Shown piece after piece: positions 10,349 to 20,146 of a stretch of DNA of 64,000 bases (position 1 is its first letter; every line of letters starts with the position of its first letter). The DNA lies in the IMG/VR virus record IMGVR_UViG_3300025715_000009, positions 288,001-352,000 of that record. One strand, written 5' to 3'. Source of the DNA: a virus (lineage: Duplodnaviria; Caudoviricetes). The notes beneath the pieces are model-generated. The model saw only the letters and a list, made by a program, of their open reading frames with translations, did not search any database and was not told where the DNA came from. A program made the translations under genes and the position numbers.

Positions 10349-11177
10349 GGGCTGAGACTATACCCTTCTCGCTATCACTTTCAAGCCCGTACCTTTGAGG
10401 TGCTACCCTCTCCGTTAAGCTCTTATCCACATCCTCATGGATGTCTGATAGCATGGCTGCCTTTTTTAGAGAGTGGCTTTTCTCTCGTCACAACAAGTTA
10501 ATCAACCTTCCGGTTACCGTCTACCTTGCGAGCAGTAAAGGACCGCTAAGTCCACCGTGCACCTTCCCATCAAACCCTTCCGCCTTGCGAGCTTCCAGGC
10601 TCCAGATTCTCTTTCGAGTCTGGACTTAAGCCATTTTCGCTTGTTGTCGGTCAAGACTTTTGCGTTTTCAATTGTTGGACTCGAACCAACGACCGATTGT
10701 ATTACAAGACAATTGCTCTACCATTGAGCAAAACTGAACGGGTTTCCCCTTGACCACGAGGTGCTTGACCAGTTGCTCCATATCCTTTTGAGATACGGAA
10801 TACAACACCTCGCATACATTTTACCTGCCGGCTACTTTGTGGTTTTTCAAGACCAGGTATTCCCCTGAATCTATCAAACTGCTATTAAGCACTTGTCTGC
10901 AAAGACTCGCACCTAATAACTACTGTTCTCTCTCATAGATAATCAGTTTTGCATGAAGATAATCCCTTGCGAGGAAAAGTTACTCTCACCCGGTTGGCCC
11001 TGAATAACTCTGTCTCTTCCTGATGTCTCTACAAATTCCGCTGGTAGCGAAATCATAGGAGAGTCAGCTTGCTTACATGAACTGTATTACTACAGCGGGA
11101 GGCGTCACCCTTTACCCCTTTATGATTATTGCTAATCACTATTCTTCGCCTTTCGGCAGGACCATAAGCAGCCCTTA
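10349..11177 (-). ncRNA. Large structured ncRNA, GOLLD-like (~830 nt)
   Basis: GC-elevated region lacking a credible ORF, many GNRA hairpins, ends resembling recalled GOLLD termini (GGGCTGCTTATGGTCC... / ...GGGTATAGTCTCAGC), own promoter motif and terminator, embedded tRNA. Confidence 0.7.
10667..10738 (-). tRNA. tRNA-Thr(UGU)-like element with an 8-nt anticodon loop, inside the large ncRNA
   Basis: TTCAGTT/AATTGAA acceptor, ATTGT-CTTGTAAT-ACAAT arm, GTTGG-TTCGAGT-CCAAC T-arm. Confidence 0.7.
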
Positions 11178-11224
11178 ATTAAATTTTCAAAGATCTATTA
11201 GCTTTCGCTCTTTTTTATTATACT

Positions 11225-11237
11225 ATTATATATGCTT
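11225..11237 (-). promoter_or_regulatory. AGCATATATAAT promoter-like motif (representative copy)
   Basis: Motif recurs upstream of many transcription units. Confidence 0.6.
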
Positions 11238-11838
11238 ACTCTAAACATATTTTTTGTAATTCTTCAAAATATTTTCCTTGGGGATGTAATTTTTGATCAA
11301 ATAAAGGAAAAATTTTATTTGAACCAAAAACTATATCTTTCCCATGATGAACAAAGCCCATCCAAACAGTTGGCAATTTTGGAACAAGATCTTTTTTATT
11401 TACATATCTAATGGTTTTAATGGTTGAAAAACAACGCGATACAAACCATTCAAATCTAGGAGAACCGAATGCAATACTTTCTATATCAGAAAAATATTTT
11501 CCATATATTAAATGAAAAAGTTGTGCCCTTCCACCGCCCAAAGAATGTCCTATTACATAAGTTTTTTTATTAAAATCAATTTTTTTACTAATATAATTTT
11601 TCCATGCTTTTCTCATTCCTAATTGAATACCAAGATGAATGAATTTAAAATGATATGGCCATGGTATAAAAGTTAAACTTAAAATATAATCTAATGGTGT
11701 GCTAGATCCATGAAAAGTAATAACTTGATAAGAATCATATTGTTTGACATTACATTCAAAACTTAATTTTTTATTTTCATATTCCCATACAGGATGTAGG
11801 ATGTTTTGTTCAAATAAATCAAGAATAGTTTTATTCAT
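11236..11838 (-). CDS. Class 3 lipase family protein (second copy)
   Basis: GHSLGGG, FGSPR, DLVPKLP. Confidence 0.88.
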   Translation of the reverse strand: MNKTILDLFEQNILHPVWEYENKKLSFECNVKQYDSYQVITFHGSSTPLDYILSLTFIPWPYHFKFIHLGIQLGMRKAWKNYISKKIDFNKKTYVIGHSLGGGRAQLFHLIYGKYFSDIESIAFGSPRFEWFVSRCFSTIKTIRYVNKKDLVPKLPTVWMGFVHHGKDIVFGSNKIFPLFDQKLHPQGKYFEELQKICLE

Positions 11839-12342
11839 CTTTCTCCTTTAAATACTTTTTTACACATTTTAAAGCATTTTCTGTAGCACATCTTGCGGCA
11901 AGACTGTTTGGTGAATGAACATATTGCTCAACTAAGCCAGTAAAAGAATTTAAGATAATAAATTCTACAGGCTTATTTTCTTCTTGAGCTGTTGCCTTTG
12001 TTCTTTCAAGCCAATCTTCATAATTTCTTATCATGGTGTATCCTTATGTATCATCTGGCGTAAATATTTCTATTTTAAAGGCACTTGGTGGAATAGAAAT
12101 TCCTAATTTATCTGCTTGATCTAAAAAACAATCAACACATAAAGACCCACCACCATTATCATTTCGTTGCATTACACTATACCAATATTTATCTTCAATA
12201 AGCCAACATATTCTAAATGATTTGCCACAATTTTCACATGATTCATATGGCCATTTATTAAGAGATAATGAGTTCCATTGTTTGATAAATAACCACTTAA
12301 TACGTCGTAATAATCTAAGAAATAACATTTTTACCTCTTAAA

Positions 12343-12414
12343 TAGCTGGGGCCGGATTCGAACCGACAATCTCAACCTTATGAGGGTTGCAAGATACCAT
12401 TTCTCTACCCAGCG
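12343..12414 (-). tRNA. tRNA-Met(CAU), fMet-like 1:72 mismatch
   Basis: CAACC-CTCATAA-GGTTG arm; C1/T72 mismatch; lacks the 3 G-C anticodon-stem pairs of typical initiators. Confidence 0.85.
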
Positions 12415-12435
12415 TCGTATGCGTATTGAATTTAC

Positions 12436-12507
12436 TAGACCCACACCGAATTGAACGGTGATCTAAACTTTATCAGAGTTTCATACTTACCTTTATACTA
12501 TGGGTCT
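12436..12507 (-). tRNA. tRNA-Ile(GAU) with divergent D-arm
   Basis: AGACCCA/TGGGTCT acceptor; AAACT-CTGATAA-AGTTT arm. Confidence 0.85.
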
Positions 12508-13302
12508 ATGTTCTTCATAAAGAGAAATAAAATCACTACCATATTTCTCTATTACATAATCTAAATATATTTTCATATCATCTTTCTCTAAAACCTTAAG
12601 TCTTTGTTTAAATTGACTTATTTTTGTTATACATTTTTTGTCTTTATATCCTTTTATTTCAAAATATTCTCCATCAATAATAAAATCTGGATAATATTTA
12701 TATTCTTTTCCTTCATATATATAAGTAAATCCAGTAAAATTTCTATTAAATAAAATTCCATGCTCTATATTATAAATAACAAATGCTAATTCCCAACTAC
12801 TTTGACAATAATATCCTTTATACCATCCTCTATGTCCTTTTCCAGACATTTTTCTTAAACCACCACCCCTTGAACAATTTTTAAGCCATTCTTCTTTATG
12901 GTTTTTTTGATATATTGCAAAACCTCCTCTTATTTCTTTGGGTAATTTTTGTAAACGTTTACTTACTTTTTCAGCACTTTTTCTAACTGACTCTGAAGTT
13001 TCTTTAGTTAAACTTTTATTCCACGAAGGTTTGCCAATTTGAAGTTTATGTCTTTTTTCTAAAGATTTAAAATGTCTTTTTCTCCCCTCTTCAGTATGAT
13101 TAATAATAATGTGAGAACATATTCCTTTTTTACATACTAATTTCTGACATTCTGGACATTTATATAATCCTGAAATTTCGTCGTACCATTCTTCATCAAT
13201 TTTTAGTTGATGTTTTTTTTCTTTGAAATGAGATTGAAAATGTCGCTCATAAACAGATAAACTAACCAATCTATTACATACTTCACAATTTTTATATTTC
13301 AT
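12493..13302 (-). CDS. Zn-finger plus PD-(D/E)XK (TnsA-N-like) free-standing endonuclease
   Basis: CEVC...H...H and CPEC...H...H fingers, PSWNK NUMOD-like segment, QSSWE...YYPDFII..EIKGY. Confidence 0.8.
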   Translation of the reverse strand: MKYKNCEVCNRLVSLSVYERHFQSHFKEKKHQLKIDEEWYDEISGLYKCPECQKLVCKKGICSHIIINHTEEGRKRHFKSLEKRHKLQIGKPSWNKSLTKETSESVRKSAEKVSKRLQKLPKEIRGGFAIYQKNHKEEWLKNCSRGGGLRKMSGKGHRGWYKGYYCQSSWELAFVIYNIEHGILFNRNFTGFTYIYEGKEYKYYPDFIIDGEYFEIKGYKDKKCITKISQFKQRLKVLEKDDMKIYLDYVIEKYGSDFISLYEEHRPIV

Positions 13303-13306
13303 ACAA

Positions 13307-13313
13307 TTATCTT
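13307..13313 (-). promoter_or_regulatory. AAGATAA promoter-like motif inside a hairpin that sequesters the start codon
   Basis: ATATTTCATACA (13294-13305) pairs with TGTATGAAATAT (13332-13343). Confidence 0.65.
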
Positions 13314-13373
13314 ATATGGTTAGAGCAATTATGTATGAAATATATAAAAAAATTTACGAATTCCAAAAGGCTG

Positions 13374-13387
13374 TGAGCTAATCCCGC
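13374..13387 (-). pseudogene. Orphan tRNA 5' fragment GCGGGATTAGCTCA
   Basis: 7-nt acceptor strand plus TA plus GCTCA, then abrupt loss of tRNA structure. Confidence 0.55.
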
Positions 13388-13800
13388 ATGTTTTCTAAAT
13401 ATCCTTTGCATCCAAGATCAGTGATCTCTATTTCTAAATACCACCCATGATCCTCTTTTTCAAACTGAATACCACCTTCAAACGGAACAATTGCAAAATT
13501 CAAATTTTCTAAATATGTAGCCAAGTGTTTTGCCATATTATATACATAATCTGATATTACAAAATCTTTAGTCTCTTTAAAAAAATCTATTCTTTCTTGC
13601 AAGTTCATTCTATTTTTTTCTTTATATAAACTGTTTTCGCTAATTTTTGTATTTCTTTTAAATCAACTTCATTTTTGGCTTCAAGTAATAAAGCAACAAT
13701 CATAGCATCAACATCTTTTTTAAGAATGATTTTTTTTGATTGTTCTGTCTGTTCTACTATTTCACCTTTTTCAAAATCATAAATCATACTCATTCCTCTA

Positions 13801-13872
13801 AGCGCCGAGAGGGAGTCGAACCCTCGTCTCCAGCTTGGAAGGCTGGGGTAATAGCCGTTATACGACCGGCGC
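13801..13872 (-). tRNA. tRNA-Gly(UCC)
   Basis: CCAGC-CTTCCAA-GCTGG arm. Confidence 0.95.
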
Positions 13873-13972
13873 AAATTAAGGGGATTTTTTTAACTACGGT
13901 TCCCCTCAAAACCACGTTTAAGATTTGGGCGCATAATGCGCGGCTCACCTTATCAGACACAACGGTCTGATT

Positions 13973-14046
13973 TGTCGGCGATGGGATTTGAACCCATAGG
14001 TCTTGGACTCTGAAACCAAGAAGTCTGCCAATTCCTTCACGCCGAC
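13973..14046 (-). tRNA. tRNA-Leu(CAG), atypical
   Basis: Leu-type D-loop GAATTGGCAGAC; CTTGG-TTTCAGAGT-CCAAG arm (U-U closing pair); short variable arm. Confidence 0.7.
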
Positions 14047-14130
14047 TAGTTCCCAACCTGCTAAACCGTAGGAAATGGTTGGTGTTGGTATGTCATAAAC
14101 ATATTATATCTTGTTTATTTCTCTTCTAAA

Positions 14131-14439
14131 TTATTCGTAGATGAAAAGATTTTTTGTTCTAAGGTTCCATTTGTTTCCATCTTTGAACATTACATTTCTA
14201 TACCCAGGAAGATCTTCATTTCTACTCTCTGCAAAAGCACGAACAAGAGTAGTAGACTTGTTTTCATCTTTGACTCGTAGAATATCATTTGTTTTATCAT
14301 AACAAATCTTACCAATATTCTGCTTGATAAACGCCCGGCTATCATTATCAACAAGCACTTCAAAATTCCTACCCCACCCCCTGCCAACATGTTCAAGAAC
14401 CATCTTTCCACCAGCCATAGACTTAATCTTCATATTCAC
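14131..14439 (-). CDS. Hypothetical protein with a degenerate HNH_3-like C-terminus
   Basis: VMFKDGNKWNLRTKNL resembles V.H.DGN..NN...NL but lacks the catalytic His. Confidence 0.5.
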   Translation of the reverse strand: MNMKIKSMAGGKMVLEHVGRGWGRNFEVLVDNDSRAFIKQNIGKICYDKTNDILRVKDENKSTTLVRAFAESRNEDLPGYRNVMFKDGNKWNLRTKNLFIYE

Positions 14440-14476
14440 TCCTTGATATATATTAGAACTTCTATGAAGTTCGTTT

Positions 14477-14548
14477 TACGCCTACCAGGAATCGAACCTG
14501 GATAATCTGCTTAGAAGGCAGAGACTTTGTCCATTAAGTTATAGGCGC
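14477..14548 (-). tRNA. tRNA-Arg(UCU)
   Basis: TCTGC-CTTCTAA-GCAGA arm. Confidence 0.93.
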
Positions 14549-14574
14549 TCGTTTATTAACGTTTTTAAATATGC

Positions 14575-15510
14575 TCATGGATAATGATTTTCATATAGAT
14601 CAGGATGTTTATTTCTAAATTTTAGATTTTCTTCAGATACATCAAGACAAAAAATTTTTATATGGCTTTTAAAACAAGCGCCAAAATGATAAGCACTAAC
14701 TTTATGAAAATTCATATCATATGGTGGAACTATTTGAGTATAAAAAGAATCATTTTCATATTTACAAAAACTTGAAGATAAGTCAAATACTCTTGAATTA
14801 TCAATAACATCAAAATTAAAATCAAACAAATAATTAAATAAAAATTGATCTACTCCCCATACAATAGGTGCTAACCCTACTTGTATACATTCCTGATATT
14901 GATTTATTTTTTTAATAAAATTATCTCTATTCGCACCAAAATAACAACCCATTATTCCTTTTGTATATATTTTTTTAAACATTAAATTTACTTTATTATA
15001 AAAGGATTCAATTTCATTTTCATCAATAGGGTGTCCTAACCACATGGGTGGATTTAACGTTCCACTAAAAATACAACCATTATCTGGAGTTTTATGATTA
15101 AATAAATCATCAAACCATACGTCTAAATCATATGCAAATATATTATCATATTTTATATTAGATTGAATATAATTTAATGCATCAACATGTCTCCAATACA
15201 TTAACTCTTTATAATCTTGAAAAGCAAAAGTTCTTTCAATATATTTTATTTGTATATCTAATTTTTTTGCTAAATTTCTAATTTTTGAAGGGATAGGTCC
15301 ACCATAAAAAAATATAATTACATCATCATTATATTTTGCAACATGTCTTAAAGAAATCATAAAATCAATCATATGTCCGAGTGAATGATCCATAACATCA
15401 TATCTAAATATAGATTCATTGCTTTGATTTAAAAGTTTAGAATCCAAATATGTTGTTGGTTTTCCATGATTAGATGTTGTGAGTAAAAGACTAGCATAAA
15501 CTAAATTCAT
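14575..15510 (-). CDS. Putative glycosyltransferase (GT-A-like)
   Basis: AYDLDVWF DxD motif and late DQFLFNY motif. Confidence 0.5.
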   Translation of the reverse strand: MNLVYASLLLTTSNHGKPTTYLDSKLLNQSNESIFRYDVMDHSLGHMIDFMISLRHVAKYNDDVIIFFYGGPIPSKIRNLAKKLDIQIKYIERTFAFQDYKELMYWRHVDALNYIQSNIKYDNIFAYDLDVWFDDLFNHKTPDNGCIFSGTLNPPMWLGHPIDENEIESFYNKVNLMFKKIYTKGIMGCYFGANRDNFIKKINQYQECIQVGLAPIVWGVDQFLFNYLFDFNFDVIDNSRVFDLSSSFCKYENDSFYTQIVPPYDMNFHKVSAYHFGACFKSHIKIFCLDVSEENLKFRNKHPDLYENHYP

Positions 15511-15659
15511 TTTGGAAATGTCAATTCCAAGCATCCATCTTCTAATTCTTTAATCAAGACATCATCTCCAGGATGGATATCAAATGTCTTAATTATTTCT
15601 TCTGGAAGAGGAAGCACATATTCGCCTGTTTTTGGATCTATTTCAAGTTTTACTATCAT
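15507..15659 (-). CDS. AbrB/MazE-like small DNA-binding protein (50 aa)
   Basis: MIVKLEIDPKTGEYVLPLPEEIIKTFDIHPGDDVLIKELEDGCLEL. Confidence 0.65.
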   Translation of the reverse strand: MIVKLEIDPKTGEYVLPLPEEIIKTFDIHPGDDVLIKELEDGCLELTFPK

Positions 15660-16778
15660 GTATATAACTATGCTGAAAAAATAGTTAAAATACTCTCTCC
15701 ATACTTATTTAAAAAAGAACGCAATATAATTTTAATAGATGAAATATCAAACCCATTTTTCCAATATTTTGGATTAGAAGATATTTTTTTTCTCCACAAT
15801 AAAAATGCTGATTTAATTTCTTCATCTGAAAATTTGGACATATCTAAAATTAGCTTGTGTTTTGCTTCATATATGTTTGGAGTGTCAAATGCAACTAAAA
15901 CTGGACCTACTACATTCAATTTATCTATTGCTATAATGATGGGGAATGCAAAGCCATAATCATAATATTCAACAAGAGAAAAAGCATCATAATTTAATAA
16001 TCTTTGATTTAAAGGCCAATTTGTAACCATTAATAATGCAGGATCAGTTTTTGAGTAAGATGATATATTTGGCAAAGTATCTAAAAATGCTTGAGCTGCT
16101 ATTTCTCCTCTTTTATGACTATGTAAAGTAAAAAGAACATAACCATAACATCCATAGCCTGGTTCTTGTTGGCCTCTAATAATATAACTACCTACTGGTA
16201 TTCTATATTCTGGGCTTTGGACTGTAAATTCTGAATTTAAAACACAAGATGCTAATAATAAATAAATAAGACTAATCAATATTCTCATTTTTTCTTCCTG
16301 CACAAAATAGATGATATAATTGTAATTATACTAACATAAAAAAGAGCTATAAGACCAATAGCTCCTGCATTTAGAGGATTAAGAGAATCGCTTAATAAAA
16401 ACACTGTAATTGAAGTTAAAATAAGAGATAAGAATATATTAAAAGGAAGTGATTTCATAAGATTATCTTATGAAAAAAGAATAAATTATGATTTTTTTCT
16501 TTCGTACCCTAATTCTGTTATAGCATTACGATATTTATTTAATCTATTTTCCATAGCTATACCACGTTCTTTCATATCATCTAAAAGAGAAAATGCTCGA
16601 TCTGTTATTTCTATTAATTGTTCTTGTAGTTTTGGTATTTCACTAATAGTAGCGTCAGTGAAATTTAATTCTCGTATAGCTTCTATTTCATATCTAAGAT
16701 GATCATTTAAATGACAAATATATTGTTTTTGCTTTATAGGTTCAACTTTCTTTCTAGGCATACAAAACTCCTATAAAT

Positions 16779-17456
16779 TTAAATTCCAAAAATTTGCTGG
16801 AATTTTTTAAAGACATCATTATCAACAAAATAATCTATATAATCATAAAATTTTGATTCAAACATTAGCTGATCTTTTAAATTACTATTTTTATAAATAG
16901 AAAAACAATTATCTAATAAAAAAATTTTAATGTATTTATTATCTAGTTTAATTTTATCAATATAAATTCGTTCTTCGCCTTCTTTGTTTATTAAATTATA
17001 TAAATAATTATATATTTTATTGTGTAATTTTTTATAATCAAAATTTGAAAAATTTTCTTTATATTTTTTAACGTTATTAATAATATCTTTTTTATTATCT
17101 AATAGTTTATATTTGTTTAAAATTTCTTCTATTTCTTTTTCAAAATTTAAAACCGGTTCATTTATTGGTTTTGCTTTTATATTATGGATTTTATCATTTA
17201 CAATATCAAATTGTATTTCAAATCTAGCAACAAGATTTTTTGAATTAGGGCCAGTTATTGATTCAATATCTTTAGATCCAGATGGTCTTATAACAGATAT
17301 TTGATCTAAATTTTGATTTAAGTTAGAATAAGTACTTCCAGATTTAATATAACCAGATTTTAAGATATTTAAAAAACCTATCATATTTGTGTAATGATAA
17401 AATAGTTTTTCTGAGCCAGATTCTAATAATGTGCCCAATAGCTCATCAAAATTCAT
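16779..17456 (-). CDS. Putative virion-internal protein
   Basis: N-terminus MNFDELLGTLLE followed by LFYHYT. Confidence 0.5.
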   Translation of the reverse strand: MNFDELLGTLLESGSEKLFYHYTNMIGFLNILKSGYIKSGSTYSNLNQNLDQISVIRPSGSKDIESITGPNSKNLVARFEIQFDIVNDKIHNIKAKPINEPVLNFEKEIEEILNKYKLLDNKKDIINNVKKYKENFSNFDYKKLHNKIYNYLYNLINKEGEERIYIDKIKLDNKYIKIFLLDNCFSIYKNSNLKDQLMFESKFYDYIDYFVDNDVFKKFQQIFGI

Positions 17457-17469
17457 GTTGCCTCTTTTA

Positions 17470-17558
17470 CGGAGAGAGAGGGATTTGAACCCCCGAACGG
17501 ATTGCTCCGTTGCCTGATTTCAAGTCAGGTGCAATCAGCCAGACTCTGCCATCTCTCC
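17470..17558 (-). tRNA. tRNA-Ser(UGA)
   Basis: CCTGA-CTTGAAA-TCAGG arm, long variable arm. Confidence 0.95.
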
Positions 17559-17564
17559 ATTTAA

Positions 17565-17635
17565 TTCGCCCAAATGGATTCGAACCACTACTAAAAGCTC
17601 CAAAGGCTCTTGTGCTACCGTTACACCATGGGCGA
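17565..17635 (-). tRNA. tRNA-Gln(UUG)
   Basis: AGAGC-CTTTGGA-GCTTT arm. Confidence 0.9.
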
Positions 17636-18012
17636 ATGTTTAATCGTTAAAATCTGAAGGCCTTCTTTCTTGTCTTTTGCATTTTTCACATTCTGCAAAA
17701 TCTTTTTTTCTTCCTTCTATAAAAGAAGTATGCATTTTGATTTCTCCACCACACTTGCAATAAAATCTTTGAGTTGTCGATGAAGTACGCGAGTTTTTAG
17801 ATACAGCCATTTATTAATTCCTCTCTTAATTTTTGTTTCCATCTTCTGGATAAACGATGTAAAAATTTTTGTCTTGTTGAATGATTGTGTAAATTCTTTT
17901 TAGGATTAGAATGATTGTGTCCACCACAACAACAATATTTATCACTATGATCACAACCATGATTTGAATCAGATGGAAAGAAAGAATCAGATTTCACATA
18001 TCCTCCAAATAA

Positions 18013-18050
18013 AGCCCCCGCGGTGAATCGAACACCGGACAAGCAGTTTA
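18013..18050 (-). pseudogene. Orphan 3' half of a tRNA (Thr-type)
   Basis: TAA-ACTGC-TTGTC-CGGTG-TTCGATT-CACCG-CGGGGGC-T begins 2 nt after the HNH stop codon. Confidence 0.75.
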
Positions 18051-18052
18051 AT

Positions 18053-18586
18053 TTAATAACTTTTTCCTTCTTTATATCTTTGACGTCTATAGTGCCTTCC
18101 TTTTCCTCTATTTCTACTTTTATATGTACCAAGTTGTGAATCACAGTTTGAACAAATCATTCTTAAATTTTCTCTAGAATTATTTGAACTGTTGCCATCT
18201 ATATGGTCTAATATAAATGGCATTGGTTTTCCATTCCATATTGGCTCTATACCACAAATAGCACATTTACTATTTTGTTCTTCAAGAATAAATGGTCTTA
18301 ATGATTTTGTCCATTTTCCATTTTCTTTCCATTTTTGAATGGCTTTTTCTTGTTCTTGTTTTCCATTTTTTTTACCGCCTTTACTTCTTTCATCAAATGA
18401 AAAACAATGATGTTTTCTGTTTTCTTTAGGAACCCAACATTCTCTACCTTTTAATGACAAAGAAACTTTTTTATTTATTTCTTCTCTTCTTTCTTTTGTA
18501 GCAAAACTTTTAGCACATTTAATTGAACAAAATCTTCCAGAACCGTAAGATCCGCCATGCTCATTACCACAGTTTTCACATTTCAT
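18053..18586 (-). CDS. HNH homing-type endonuclease with N-terminal Zn finger
   Basis: CENCG..GSYGSGRFCS..C; CAICG...LDHIDGNSSNNSRENLRMICSNCDSQ. Confidence 0.9.
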   Translation of the reverse strand: MKCENCGNEHGGSYGSGRFCSIKCAKSFATKERREEINKKVSLSLKGRECWVPKENRKHHCFSFDERSKGGKKNGKQEQEKAIQKWKENGKWTKSLRPFILEEQNSKCAICGIEPIWNGKPMPFILDHIDGNSSNNSRENLRMICSNCDSQLGTYKSRNRGKGRHYRRQRYKEGKSY

Positions 18587-18656
18587 TTTGAACTCCTCTG
18601 TTGAATATAATTTATCTTATACTCAAGAGTTCAAATAATCAAATATATTTTAAAAA

Positions 18657-18729
18657 AGCCCTGACCAGGAATTGAACCCGGATCTGAAGATTACAAGTCT
18701 ACTGTACTAGCCATTTGTACTATCAAGGC
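18657..18729 (-). tRNA. tRNA-Thr(UGU)
   Basis: GTAGA-CTTGTAA-TCTTC arm; GCCTTGA/TCAGGGC acceptor. Confidence 0.9.
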
Positions 18730-18784
18730 AAATTAATGTATCTAATGTATCCACAAATGGTTTCTCCAATAAAAACCATATGAT

Positions 18785-18856
18785 TCGGGGATGTAGGATT
18801 CGAACCTCTTCTTCTGGTCCCAAACCAGACGTGTCTCCCGTAGCACTGCATCCCCG
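18785..18856 (-). tRNA. tRNA-Pro(UGG), atypical (best folded as 8/4)
   Basis: TCTGG-TTTGGGA-CCAGA arm; CGGGGATG/CATCCCCG acceptor. Confidence 0.75.
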
Positions 18857-18917
18857 GATTAAACTATAGCATATAATAATATATGCATTTATCTTGTAAA
18901 ATAAGAAAGATAAATGT

Positions 18918-19250
18918 ATGAAACTAAAACAAATTTTATCTGAATTAGCCCAGTTAGAATATTCTTCTACTAAAGGCTCACAAAAACAATTATCTCAATC
19001 AGGAATTGAAAATAAATTTTTAGAAACAGTTGAAGCTGCTATAGCTGCAAGTCCTGAATTACAAAAAATGTTTGATGTAGAACAAGAACCTTATGATGTC
19101 CAATTAGAAAGACAAGGTGGAAATATTAAAATTATTCTCAATCCAGAACATGGTCAAAAACAAAGTATAGCAACATTTCCAATGTCATATTTAAGTAAGT
19201 ATTTTAACAATCCAAAAGGTTTAATTTCTTTATTGCTAAAACGTGGTTAA
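18918..19250 (+). CDS. Putative virion-internal protein
   Basis: AAGATAA 4 nt upstream of the ATG; N-terminus MKLKQILSE. Confidence 0.6.
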   Translation: MKLKQILSELAQLEYSSTKGSQKQLSQSGIENKFLETVEAAIAASPELQKMFDVEQEPYDVQLERQGGNIKIILNPEHGQKQSIATFPMSYLSKYFNNPKGLISLLLKRG

Positions 19251-19507
19251 AAAACTGTTTCCTCTACTTTAACTGGGATATGTTCATCTTGGCAACATTG
19301 TTCTATTTCTTGAATTGTTTGCTTGGCATTTACATCAATAAAGTGATCTACATACTCACAAAAATAATCATTTAACTCTGAATCATAATAAAATGCAATA
19401 CAATCATATCCAATTTGTATATCATCTTTAAAAAGATTTCTTATGGTGAGATTTTTTATAGAAACAGAATCATCATTACAATAAAAATTTAATTTATCTT
19501 TTAACAT

Positions 19508-19870
19508 TTACCACCACTCTTTATTATATGAAGTTAGAATAACATCCCAAATTTTATATTTTCTTGAATCAGGATTTGCATAAACTCTATCAAGCACAAT
19601 AATCATATCTTGAACAGTTCCAGAATATGTAGCCCATTCAAATAAAAGAGATCTAAGTGATTCAGCACTCCCAGTTAGTTTATCAGACCCTTGCATTTGT
19701 CCTAATAGCTGTCTTAAACTATCTAAGCCACTAAACCAACCTAAAACATATTTGGTTTTTTCCATACTTGTCCAGCTTACCCAAGTATAACCATCATTAT
19801 CTAATACTGATTGAGCAAAAACAAGATTTACAAGCAAACAAAACAATACAACAAGAAAGGCTTTTCTCAT
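19508..19870 (-). CDS. Secreted protein, paralog of 21988..22425
   Basis: Signal peptide MRKAFLVV...VFAQ; shared G..WV.....K..V.G.F.GL, WA and Y.K.WW motifs. Confidence 0.7.
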   Translation of the reverse strand: MRKAFLVVLFCLLVNLVFAQSVLDNDGYTWVSWTSMEKTKYVLGWFSGLDSLRQLLGQMQGSDKLTGSAESLRSLLFEWATYSGTVQDMIIVLDRVYANPDSRKYKIWDVILTSYNKEWW

Positions 19871-20146
19871 GTTTTCTCCTTGTTTATAAATATGCTTAAT
19901 TGATATTAATATTTGTTTCTGTATAATCAAATTTTTTCTTTATACTTAGCTTTATATCTTCACTTTTTTCAGAATGGGGGATATATATTGAATGTGTTTT
20001 AGTTTTAAAATTAATTGTAAACCCACATCCAACATAACCATATTTTGTTTCACAGCATGATTTAATATTATTTTTTTTATATAAATTATGAATTATAATG
20101 TTATCGATCTCATTGTTTTTTATTTCACCAAAAACGTTTTTCATGT

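Noticed and set aside
13973-14046. Opal suppressor or tRNA-Sec (UCA) reading
   Set aside because: CAG is centred in the loop and the D-arm is Leu-type; Sec features are absent.
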